DNA of 64,000 nucleotides from an uncultured Muribaculaceae bacterium (GTDB lineage: Bacteria > Bacillota_I > Bacilli_A > RF39 > UBA660). Positions 50,200-59,038 of this stretch are shown here, in pieces. The position numbers and the translations under genes are program-made. The notes beneath the pieces were generated by a model. It worked only from the letters and a program-made list of their open reading frames with translations, did no database searches and had not been told where the DNA came from. The number at the start of each line of letters is the position of its first letter. Positions within the stretch are counted from its first letter, which is position 1. The stretch covers positions 28,121 to 92,120 of the forward strand of contig CAZRJK010000001.1 of NCBI GenBank assembly GCA_964600615.1, in the 5' to 3' direction.

Positions 50200-51375
50200 A
50201 TGAAAATAAAAGGAAAAAAAATTCATAATAAAACAGTAAACATCTTAGAAGAATTACCACAAGAAAAAAAGAAAACTGATAACGTAAATATAGGAACTAT
50301 TATTATCGTAATAGTATTACTATCACTAGTAAGTGGCCTATTAGGAGCTACACTAGTTTTAAAAAGCATAGGGGAAGGAGCTACCACTAATAATGGCGTA
50401 ACAACAAGTACTTTGGCACTTAATGAACCTAATTCTATTTCTACAGCCGTAAGTAAAATATACGATGCTGTAGTCGTAGTTGAAGCCTATCAAAAAGAAA
50501 AACTAGCTTCAACAGGAACAGGTTTTGTTTATAAAAAAAATAACGGTAAAGCTTATATTATGACTAATAATCATGTCGTAGCAAACAGTGATAAAGTAAA
50601 AGTATTATTTACTAGTGGTGAAGAAGTAGAAACAACCCTAGTAGGAACAGATGTTTATTCTGATATAGCAGTATTAACTGTAAAAGACACTGATAAAATA
50701 GTATCATCAACATTAGGAAATAGTTCAAAATCAAAAGTAGGAGATACAGTATTCACTGTAGGATCTCCAGAAGGATCAGATTATGCTGGAACAGTAACCA
50801 AAGGAATATTATCAGGAAAAGATAGATTAGTAGCCGTAGCCCTATCTAATACACAAACATCAGATTATTACATGAACGTATTACAAACAGATGCTGCTAT
50901 CAATCCAGGAAATAGCGGTGGACCTATTTGTAACATAAATGGAGAAGTAATAGGCATAACTAATATGAAATTAGTAGATAACTCAGTAGAAGGAATGGGC
51001 TTTGCTATTCCAATTGAAGATGCTATTGAATATGCCAAAACAATAGAAGAAACAGGAAAAGTAGCAAGACCATACATAGGAATAAGTATGTTAGATATAA
51101 CTAATGGATACTACTTATGGCAAGCAGGAATATTACTTCCAGATAATGTAAAAGAAGGAGTAGCTGTCTATAAAGTAGAAGCTAACTCACCAGCATCATC
51201 TGCAGGATTACAAAAAGGAGATATCATAACAAAAATAGATAATAATAAAACAAGTTCTATAGCAAAATTTAGATATGAATTATATAAACATAAACCAAAT
51301 GAAGAAATAACCATTACATATATAAGAAATAATAAAGAAGAACAAGTAAAAGTAAAATTACAAGAAAATAAATAA
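50200..51375 (+). CDS. htrA: HtrA/DegP-family serine protease with PDZ domain
   Basis: Transmembrane anchor, catalytic His (TNNHVV), Asp, and GNSGGP serine motif, C-terminal PDZ. Confidence 0.85.
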   Translation: MKIKGKKIHNKTVNILEELPQEKKKTDNVNIGTIIIVIVLLSLVSGLLGATLVLKSIGEGATTNNGVTTSTLALNEPNSISTAVSKIYDAVVVVEAYQKEKLASTGTGFVYKKNNGKAYIMTNNHVVANSDKVKVLFTSGEEVETTLVGTDVYSDIAVLTVKDTDKIVSSTLGNSSKSKVGDTVFTVGSPEGSDYAGTVTKGILSGKDRLVAVALSNTQTSDYYMNVLQTDAAINPGNSGGPICNINGEVIGITNMKLVDNSVEGMGFAIPIEDAIEYAKTIEETGKVARPYIGISMLDITNGYYLWQAGILLPDNVKEGVAVYKVEANSPASSAGLQKGDIITKIDNNKTSSIAKFRYELYKHKPNEEITITYIRNNKEEQVKVKLQENK

Positions 51376-51399
51376 GCATAAAAAATGCTTATTTTTTTC
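51374..51399 (+). terminator. Rho-independent terminator
   Basis: aagcat aaaaa atgctt hairpin plus T7. Confidence 0.6.
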
Positions 51400-51409
51400 T
51401 TAAAAAATA

Positions 51410-51438
51410 TTGAAAAAAACACCCACATAATGTATCAT
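51410..51438 (+). promoter_or_regulatory. Sigma-A type promoter
   Basis: TTGAAA -35, 17-nt spacer, TG-TATCAT -10. Confidence 0.4.
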
Positions 51439-51470
51439 ATAATAGTAAGATAGAAAAAGGAGAAGTAAAA

Positions 51471-52391
51471 ATGGGAAAAAATAATAATGAAAAAGAAATA
51501 GAAGTCGTTAAAACAAGTAGTGACAACAAAATAATAATAATATTATTACTACTAATAATTATAATTATGTTTGTATTTATACTATTATTAGTAACTAATA
51601 GAGTAATTATGCCTATAAACACTCAACCAACAAATGACAATCCAATAAGTAACAATGAAGAACAATATCAAAATACTGATAATAATACTAACAAACCAGA
51701 AAACATCTATAAAATAGAATATAAAGAAGAAACAAAAGAATTTAAAAATAGTTCTGGTAAAGTAATAATCAAAAATAAAAGAAACTATCCAATTATTACT
51801 AACGAAGCTAATCCTAATGCAGCTTCTAACATAGCAAAGACATTAAAAGATATTTCTGATACTGCATGGAACTCTTTAAATACAGGAGATCAAGTAACAG
51901 ATAAAAACTTTATCGAGAATTATCCTTATGAAGTAGGAGTAACTTACACATATACGACTGAACAATCAAACATTAAATACCTAAGCTTTAAAGATATGAC
52001 ATCAGGTGGTATGGGTGGTGTAAGTTGGGCAAATACTAATGGTTATAATTTTGATTTTGAAACTGGAAAACTATTAGAAGTAAATGATATTATGGATTAT
52101 AATTCTCATAAAGATGAATTATATGAATATATAACTTCAGAAATTGAAAAAGAACATAATCCAGAAACATTATGGAATGATAATGTTTCTGGTTACTGGA
52201 AAGATACAGTAAAAAAAGAAATGTTTAAAACAAATACTTGGTTATTTACTAGTTCTGGAATAAAAGTATACTTTAGTAAATATTCTCTTGGACCAGGATC
52301 TACCGGAGTAGTAGAAGTAGAAATACCTACATCAAAAATAAATAATTATCTATATGATAAATATAAATATCAAAAAAGTACTACTCAGTAG
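51471..52391 (+). CDS. Membrane-anchored DUF4163/DUF3298-type protein (RsiV/PdaC C-terminal domain family)
   Basis: N-terminal transmembrane helix; SFKDMTSGGMGGVSWANTNGYNFDFETGKLLEVNDI resembles the DUF3298 GGAH...F.D..TGK.L.L.D pattern. Confidence 0.45.
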   Translation: MGKNNNEKEIEVVKTSSDNKIIIILLLLIIIIMFVFILLLVTNRVIMPINTQPTNDNPISNNEEQYQNTDNNTNKPENIYKIEYKEETKEFKNSSGKVIIKNKRNYPIITNEANPNAASNIAKTLKDISDTAWNSLNTGDQVTDKNFIENYPYEVGVTYTYTTEQSNIKYLSFKDMTSGGMGGVSWANTNGYNFDFETGKLLEVNDIMDYNSHKDELYEYITSEIEKEHNPETLWNDNVSGYWKDTVKKEMFKTNTWLFTSSGIKVYFSKYSLGPGSTGVVEVEIPTSKINNYLYDKYKYQKSTTQ

Positions 52392-52401
52392 TACTTTTTT
52401 C
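52371..52401. terminator. Bidirectional hairpin embedded in overlapping convergent stop codons
   Basis: AGTACTACT C AGTAGTACT perfect 9-bp inverted repeat (52377-52395) flanked by an A-run and a T-run. Confidence 0.5.
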
Positions 52402-52965
52402 TTCTTCAACAACTCTCTCTTGAACAGCAACCTCTATAGTATTTTCTAAATCCTCATCTATATCTATATCATTCTTATCAATATACTCTAATATTCTATT
52501 CTGTTTTCTTAATATCTCTTCCATCTTATCATATAACTTCTCTAAAATAAGTTCACTCTTAATATTAGTCTTAAAATCATTAGTACTCTTTAATCTCTCT
52601 CTCTTAGCCTCTCTGTTTTGACTCATCATAATAATAGGAGCCTGTATAGCAGCTAAACAAGATAAAACCAAATTAAGTAAAATAAATGGATAAGGATCAA
52701 CATCATCAACTATTTTAACATTAATAAACATCCAAGCAAACAAGAAGAATAAAAATCCCAAAATAAATCCCCAAGAACCAGCAATTCTTGCAATATCATC
52801 AGCAAGCTTCTCACCAAAAGTTCTTTCTTCATCCTTATCAACATTAATTGCAATAGGTTCATCAACTAACATCTCTAATAAATCATCATAATTTTCCTTA
52901 GCATCAATACTACCTTGATTTAAAATAATTTTAATTAATTTCTCTTTATTTCTTTTCTTACTCAT
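52381..52965 (-). CDS. DUF1003-family membrane protein
   Basis: GSWGFILGF...DPYPFILLNLVLSCLAAIQAPIIMMSQNR fits the DUF1003 signature; ATG at 52965 with GGTGA RBS. Confidence 0.6.
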   Translation of the reverse strand: MSKKRNKEKLIKIILNQGSIDAKENYDDLLEMLVDEPIAINVDKDEERTFGEKLADDIARIAGSWGFILGFLFFLFAWMFINVKIVDDVDPYPFILLNLVLSCLAAIQAPIIMMSQNREAKRERLKSTNDFKTNIKSELILEKLYDKMEEILRKQNRILEYIDKNDIDIDEDLENTIEVAVQERVVEEEKSTTE

Positions 52966-53060
52966 ACTATCACCATAATAATTATACAAGCATATTAAAA
53001 TTATTTCAATAAACATTTACATTTTATTTAATTTATTATATCCTATATGTAGGTGATAAT

Positions 53061-54578
53061 ATGTATTTATCTAAATCAAAATATTGTAAAGCCTACCAAT
53101 GCAATAAAATGTTATGGCTAGATACCAATATGCCAGAAGTAGGAGAAGAAATAAATAATGATTCAGTACTAGATAATGGTACCAAAGTAGGAGAATTAGC
53201 TAGAAAACTATTTGGAGAAGATATAAATATTGAATTTAATACCAATTTAAACAAAATGATAGAAGACACAAAAGAAGTAATAAATAATAACCAAAAATGT
53301 AATATTACCGAAGCCTCATTTAATTATAACAATAACTTCTGTAGTGTTGATATCTTAAAAAAAGACAATGACACATATGAAATATATGAAGTAAAAAGCT
53401 CTACTGCAGTAGATGATATCTATAAAGTAGATGCTTCATATCAATACTATGTATTAACTAAATTAGGATATAAAGTAACTAAAGTATGTATAGTATATCT
53501 AAATAACAAATATATAAGAAAAGGAGAAATAGAATTAAATAAACTATTTAACATAGAAGATATAACGACAATAGCGATAAACAATCTAGATACAATAGAC
53601 AATAAAATAAAAGAAATAAACACTTATATGGAACAAAAAAATATACCCAAAGATGATATAGGTAATCAATGCAAAAAACCATATGAATGTCCATATTTTA
53701 ACTATTGTACCAGAAATCTAGATAAACCAAATATCTTTGATATAAGTGGTATGCACTTTACTAAAAAAATAAAATATTATTATCAAGGAATAACATCTTT
53801 AAAAGATTTATCTAAAGAAAAATTAAATCCTAAATATTTAGAACAAATAGATTATGAAATAAATAATAAAGAAGACAAAATAGAAAAAGAAAAAATAAAA
53901 GAATTCCTAGATACCTTATCTTATCCTCTATATTTCTTAGACTTTGAAACATTTCAACAACCAATACCCCTATATGATAACATAAGTCCTTATGAACAAA
54001 TACCTTTCCAGTATTCATTACACTATATAGAAGATAATATCCTAAAACATAAAGAATTCTTAGCAGAACCTAATATAGATCCAAGAAGATCTTTAGCAGA
54101 ATCTCTAGTAAAAGATATACCAGAGAATGTAACAACACTAGCTTATAATATGTCCTTTGAAAAAGGAGTAATAGAAAAACTAGCTAAATTATATCCTGAT
54201 CTATCTAAACACCTAATGAATATTCATAAAAATATTAAAGATTTAGAAACCCCATTTGCTAAAAGACAATACTATACAAAACAAATGAAGGGAAGAAGCA
54301 CTATAAAATTAGTCTTACCAGCACTATTTCCTGGTGACCCATCTCTAGACTACCATAATCTAGAAGGAGTCCATAACGGAAGTGAAGCTATGAATACCTT
54401 TGCTAACCTAGGTAACCTATCTAAAGAAGAACAACAAATAGTAAGAAATAACTTATTAAAATATTGTGAATTAGATACCTATGCTATGGTAAAAATATGG
54501 GATAAACTAAATAGTATAGTAAATGAAAGAAGTGAATTATATGGAAGTCCAAATAGATATCGAAAGCTTAAGAAATGA
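53061..54578 (+). CDS. DUF2779-domain protein (PD-(D/E)xK / Cas4-like nuclease fold with Cys cluster)
   Basis: N-terminal MYLSKSKYCKAYQCNKMLWLD is typical of DUF2779 proteins; Cys cluster CKKPYECPYFNYC. Confidence 0.5.
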   Translation: MYLSKSKYCKAYQCNKMLWLDTNMPEVGEEINNDSVLDNGTKVGELARKLFGEDINIEFNTNLNKMIEDTKEVINNNQKCNITEASFNYNNNFCSVDILKKDNDTYEIYEVKSSTAVDDIYKVDASYQYYVLTKLGYKVTKVCIVYLNNKYIRKGEIELNKLFNIEDITTIAINNLDTIDNKIKEINTYMEQKNIPKDDIGNQCKKPYECPYFNYCTRNLDKPNIFDISGMHFTKKIKYYYQGITSLKDLSKEKLNPKYLEQIDYEINNKEDKIEKEKIKEFLDTLSYPLYFLDFETFQQPIPLYDNISPYEQIPFQYSLHYIEDNILKHKEFLAEPNIDPRRSLAESLVKDIPENVTTLAYNMSFEKGVIEKLAKLYPDLSKHLMNIHKNIKDLETPFAKRQYYTKQMKGRSTIKLVLPALFPGDPSLDYHNLEGVHNGSEAMNTFANLGNLSKEEQQIVRNNLLKYCELDTYAMVKIWDKLNSIVNERSELYGSPNRYRKLKK

Positions 54579-54747
54579 TTTAAAAAATGAATCCTTAGGA
54601 GCCTTCTATGGAGGAGGCTTTGGAGGAGCATTAATAGAATCATTCCAAATAGATAAAGCATCCCCAGAAGAATTAATAAGAATAGCTAATAAAATGCATA
54701 TAAATATAGAAGATTATATAATATATCCCAATCAAAGGAGAAGATAA
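54541..54747 (+). CDS. Small Gly-rich hypothetical protein (68 aa)
   Basis: ATG at 54541 lies inside the 3' end of the previous gene; GAFYGGGFGGALIE motif. Confidence 0.3.
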   Translation: MEVQIDIESLRNDLKNESLGAFYGGGFGGALIESFQIDKASPEELIRIANKMHINIEDYIIYPNQRRR

Positions 54748-54749
54748 AT

Positions 54750-56297
54750 ATGATAAAAAAATTCTTACAAAATATAAAAGATGATTTTAAAGATTATATC
54801 AAAAATCATCTAGTAACAAACATACTACTACTATTAATAACCATAGTTATAATCATAGTAGATCTAGACAATGCTGAAGACTTTATAGCAAGATTACTAA
54901 CAACACTATTCCTAACAGCAATGTTTACAATTCTAGCAGAATCATATACCAAAGATAATAAAAAAAGATCCATAATCTATATAATAGGATTAATAATAAG
55001 TATCTTTCTAAGTAAATGTATATTAAATTCAGAATTAGCTAGATACCTAATAGGAACAGTATTAATATTAGGATTTACTATTATATATCTAATAGCTAAA
55101 AATTCTAAAGAAACAACCAATAAATTCCTAACTAGTACTTATACCAACCTATTAAAATTTGGAATAATAGGTTCTATCCTAAACACAGGATTATTATTAA
55201 TATTAGCCCTAATATCAACATTACTAATAGAAGTAGGAGAAGTAGTATTTGTTAAACTAGAACTAATATTACTAACCCTATACTATATACCAGCTCTAAT
55301 AATATCATTAGAAACAAAAGAAGAAGAAAATAAATTTATCTATATCCTAGTAAACTATGTATCATTACCCCAAATAGCCTTAGCAACCCTAGTAATATAT
55401 CTATACCTAATAAAACTATTAGTAACACTAAAATTACCATATACCCAAACATTTGCTACTAATGCTATATTATTATCATTAGGAATACCAATAGTATTAA
55501 TGTCTTTATCTTATGACAAAAATAAACTACCATATAAAGTAGCTAGTATATTAAAAAAACTATTTATCCCATTAGTACTATTACAAATATTTGCATTATC
55601 CCTAAGAATATATGATTACAGCATAACAACATCAAGATACTTTGGAATAATATTACTAATACTAGGAATAATATCCATGATATTATTAAATAAAAACAAT
55701 GGTAATAACTATAAACTAATCCTAATACCATGCATAATACTATCTATAACATCATTTATGATACCATATATAAACATATATGAATTACCTAATTATATGC
55801 AAATAAATAGATTAAAACAAATACTACCAGAAGGAAAGAATTATAAAGATCTAACCAAAAAAGAACAAGAAACAGTAACATCAATCTATTACACGGTATA
55901 TGAAGATAAATATTACCCAGCTTATTTACCAAAAAAAGAATTAGAAAAACAAATATATAGTGATAATAGATATGATTATAATGATTATATAGACGATGAA
56001 ATATACTATACCAACAAAACAAAAAGAATAGACATATCTAACTATAAAGAAATAGAAAAATATTCTTCATATAACTATAAAGAATTATCTATAACAGTAA
56101 ATAAAGTTCAATATGACTTAACAGATTTCTGTAAAGAACTATACACATACTATCAAGAAGATGACAACATATATAATTACATGAAAGATAATAACCCAAT
56201 AAAATTAGATGATAACACAGATCTATACATAACAAACTTAACACTAGAATATAACAATAAAGACCTATCAATAAGTGGATATATCTTATATAAATAA
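54750..56297 (+). CDS. Polytopic membrane protein with a C-terminal soluble Tyr/Asp/Asn-rich domain
   Basis: About 10 hydrophobic helices in the first 330 aa. Confidence 0.45.
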   Translation: MIKKFLQNIKDDFKDYIKNHLVTNILLLLITIVIIIVDLDNAEDFIARLLTTLFLTAMFTILAESYTKDNKKRSIIYIIGLIISIFLSKCILNSELARYLIGTVLILGFTIIYLIAKNSKETTNKFLTSTYTNLLKFGIIGSILNTGLLLILALISTLLIEVGEVVFVKLELILLTLYYIPALIISLETKEEENKFIYILVNYVSLPQIALATLVIYLYLIKLLVTLKLPYTQTFATNAILLSLGIPIVLMSLSYDKNKLPYKVASILKKLFIPLVLLQIFALSLRIYDYSITTSRYFGIILLILGIISMILLNKNNGNNYKLILIPCIILSITSFMIPYINIYELPNYMQINRLKQILPEGKNYKDLTKKEQETVTSIYYTVYEDKYYPAYLPKKELEKQIYSDNRYDYNDYIDDEIYYTNKTKRIDISNYKEIEKYSSYNYKELSITVNKVQYDLTDFCKELYTYYQEDDNIYNYMKDNNPIKLDDNTDLYITNLTLEYNNKDLSISGYILYK

Positions 56298-56306
56298 AAT
56301 ACTATC

Positions 56307-57029
56307 TTACGATAGTATTTTTTTTTTAACTATTCTTTTCTTCATATTATTCTCTATAAACCATCTCATGGTATTAAATCTCTCCAAATAATTATCTTTA
56401 TATAATAATTCCTTATTAATATCTATCTCAGTCTCTCTTATTAACTTAACTAACATATCATAATCTAATAAAGAATACATATCATAAAATAATTCTATAT
56501 CCTTATCAGAAAAAGAATTAAAAATATTATATATCTCTAGTTTACTATCTTTATATGTATTATTATCTAAAGAAGTAAAATAAGACTTATAATCAATAAA
56601 ACTCAAATCATTATCCAATAAATAAATATTAACATCCTTATCATTAATAAAAAAACCCCAATTACTATTACTACGATCAATATTTAATATCATCAAATCC
56701 ATATAATACATCTTTAAAATATCATTAAATAAATACTCATAATTATTTGGAAATCTATTCCTAATAAAATCCCTAATATCATCTAAATTAGATGATATTA
56801 AACCCATATCCTCTGCTGTAATAAAAGTACCATCACTATTCAAATCCTTACTAATATAATAATCCTTATCATTAACCCTAATAGGAATATAATGAACATG
56901 ATTAAGATAAAACAAATCCATTATCTTTTCCACTAATATTTCTACATAAGCATCATTACGCTTAAAAAAATATTTATAACCATCTATATAAATACTACCC
57001 TTATCATCATTAATTAATTCATTAAACAT
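56307..57029 (-). CDS. HipA_C-like kinase-fold protein (tentative)
   Basis: LNIDRSNSNWGFFINDKDVNIYLLDNDLSF parallels the HipA catalytic and activation motifs (N.D.H.KN.S.L ... PAYD). Confidence 0.3.
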   Translation of the reverse strand: MFNELINDDKGSIYIDGYKYFFKRNDAYVEILVEKIMDLFYLNHVHYIPIRVNDKDYYISKDLNSDGTFITAEDMGLISSNLDDIRDFIRNRFPNNYEYLFNDILKMYYMDLMILNIDRSNSNWGFFINDKDVNIYLLDNDLSFIDYKSYFTSLDNNTYKDSKLEIYNIFNSFSDKDIELFYDMYSLLDYDMLVKLIRETEIDINKELLYKDNYLERFNTMRWFIENNMKKRIVKKKILS

Positions 57030-57116
57030 AATATCACCAAAACCAATACAACATATTATAACAGATAATAAATAAAACTTCTACAAATATGTTATAATTA
57101 AAAAGTAGGTGATATT

Positions 57117-57809
57117 ATGATATACATAACAGGAGATATGCATAGAGACTTTACTAGATTATATAATCTAGAAATAAATAATGAAGATATGATAATAATA
57201 CTAGGAGATTTAAGCCTAAATTATTATCTAGATAGACAAGATATAATGTATAAAAAACTATTAAATAGCCTAGACTATAAAATATTTACAATAAGAGGAA
57301 ATCATGAAGAAAGACCAGAAAACATAAAAACATATAAAGAAGAAAATATGTTTAATGGAAAAGTATATATAGAAAAAGAATATCCCAATCTAATATTTGC
57401 TAAAGATGGAGAAATATATAACATAGATAACAATAGTATCCTAGTAATAGGCGGAGCCTATTCTGTAGATAAAGATTATAGAATAAAAAATAATTATACC
57501 TGGTTTAAAGATGAACAACTAACTAAAGAAGAAATGAATAATATCTATAACAAAATAAAAGGAAAACACTTTGATATAGTATTAACCCATACTTCTCCCT
57601 ATAAATATGAACCAACAGAAGTATTTGTACCAGGAATAGATGAATCTAAAGTAGATAGAACTATGGAATACTTCTTAGATAAAGTAGAAGAGAATATAGA
57701 TTATAACAAATGGTATTGTGGACATTTCCACACAGAAAAACAAATAGATAACGTAGAATTCATGTATAAAAACATAAAAGTATTAAGTAAAAAAAGAATA
57801 AAAAAATAA
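57117..57809 (+). CDS. Calcineurin-like metallophosphoesterase
   Basis: GDMH, ILGDL, RGNHEE, GGAYS, GHFH motifs. Confidence 0.7.
   Translation: MIYITGDMHRDFTRLYNLEINNEDMIIILGDLSLNYYLDRQDIMYKKLLNSLDYKIFTIRGNHEERPENIKTYKEENMFNGKVYIEKEYPNLIFAKDGEIYNIDNNSILVIGGAYSVDKDYRIKNNYTWFKDEQLTKEEMNNIYNKIKGKHFDIVLTHTSPYKYEPTEVFVPGIDESKVDRTMEYFLDKVEENIDYNKWYCGHFHTEKQIDNVEFMYKNIKVLSKKRIKK
57665..57800 (+). repeat. Direct repeat copy 1 (3' end of the metallophosphoesterase gene)
   Basis: About 136 nt, roughly 96% identical to 58892-59027. Confidence 0.85.
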
Positions 57810-57814
57810 AATAA

Positions 57815-57825
57815 TATGATATAAT
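57815..57825 (+). promoter_or_regulatory. Extended -10 promoter TATGATATAAT
   Basis: 29 nt before the ATG at 57854. Confidence 0.5.
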
Positions 57826-57853
57826 ACATTTGAACTTTAGGAGGGTTTTGTAT

Positions 57854-58864
57854 ATGGAAAAACAATTTATTAGTGAAATAGAATTTAAAAACTTATTAAA
57901 AAAAATAAGATATGGAGTTAAAAATATAGATGAAGCAATAGAAATTTATGATTATTTAAAAGATAAAAAAACAGAAGATAGCTTCTTTGATAGAGAAACA
58001 AGAACTATTGAAAATCCCCATTTTGAATTTCTTAGAACTATATTTAATAGAACTGAATCAGATTATGCAGGTGGTTTTACTGAAGAAGATGAAGAGTTTT
58101 TAAAATCAGATTACTTATCAGAAGAACTAAAAAAAGAAATAAATAATAAATTAAAAAATAATTCTAAAGAATTAACAGAACTACTTAATAGTGAAAAACA
58201 AATAAATGATTTTTCAAAAGAAGAAATAAATAAAATAATGAAATTATTAATTACTATTAGTAATCCCTTACCTGATAAAGAAAGATATGATTATGGAGCA
58301 CTTTGTTATACATTAGAAACATATTTATTTGTATTAGACGGTAAAGGACCAATAGAATATATAAAAGAAGAATATGGCAAAGAATTACCAAAAGCAATAC
58401 TTGATAAATCTAATCTTTCTAGTAGAGCATCTTATTACTCTGGATATGGTGTAGATACAACCTTATTAGGAGAAAGACATTTATTCTCTATATATAAAAA
58501 ATTTGTAAAGTATTATCCTGATAAAACAGAAGAATTTGTCAAATTAGTTGATTCTATTCCCAAACTAACACCAACTGAATTCATAAACAATTATTTCTTA
58601 TTTGTAGAAAATGGATTTAACAGTGATTTCCAAAATAAAGAAGGTAATATATCAGTTGACGGTTTACATGGACAAGCAAGAGATCTAGTTGGAGCAGTAT
58701 CAATATTTTCTTTATTTAATAAAGAACAAAGTGATTTAGATAGATATTTTGAATCACGTGCAGAAGCTTCAATAAGAAAAGAATTTAAAGAAAAAATAGA
58801 ACAATTCAAAAACAATCAAGAACAAACAAAAGTAAAAGTATTAAATAAAAGTATAAAGCATTAA
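57854..58864 (+). CDS. Hypothetical protein (336 aa) bracketed by the 136-nt direct repeat
   Basis: ORF-track start is TTG; ATG at 57854 with AGGAGGG RBS. Confidence 0.45.
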   Translation: MEKQFISEIEFKNLLKKIRYGVKNIDEAIEIYDYLKDKKTEDSFFDRETRTIENPHFEFLRTIFNRTESDYAGGFTEEDEEFLKSDYLSEELKKEINNKLKNNSKELTELLNSEKQINDFSKEEINKIMKLLITISNPLPDKERYDYGALCYTLETYLFVLDGKGPIEYIKEEYGKELPKAILDKSNLSSRASYYSGYGVDTTLLGERHLFSIYKKFVKYYPDKTEEFVKLVDSIPKLTPTEFINNYFLFVENGFNSDFQNKEGNISVDGLHGQARDLVGAVSIFSLFNKEQSDLDRYFESRAEASIRKEFKEKIEQFKNNQEQTKVKVLNKSIKH

Positions 58865-58891
58865 CTAAATTAAATATTTCAATTATAAAAA

Positions 58892-59027
58892 GGAATACTT
58901 CTTAGATAAAGTAGAAGAGAATATAGATTATAACAAATGGTATTGTGGACATTTCCACACAGAAAAACAAATAGATAACCTAGAATTCATGTATAAAAAC
59001 ATAAAAGTACTAAGTAAGAAAAGAATA
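58892..59027 (+). pseudogene. Duplicated 3' fragment of the metallophosphoesterase gene (copy 2 of the repeat)
   Basis: Encodes ...YFLDKVEENIDYNKWYCGHFHTEKQIDNLEFMYKNIKVLSKKRIRR without a start; its end is altered to AAGGAGATAAATATG, providing the RBS for the next gene. Confidence 0.7.
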
Positions 59028-59038
59028 AGGAGATAAAT

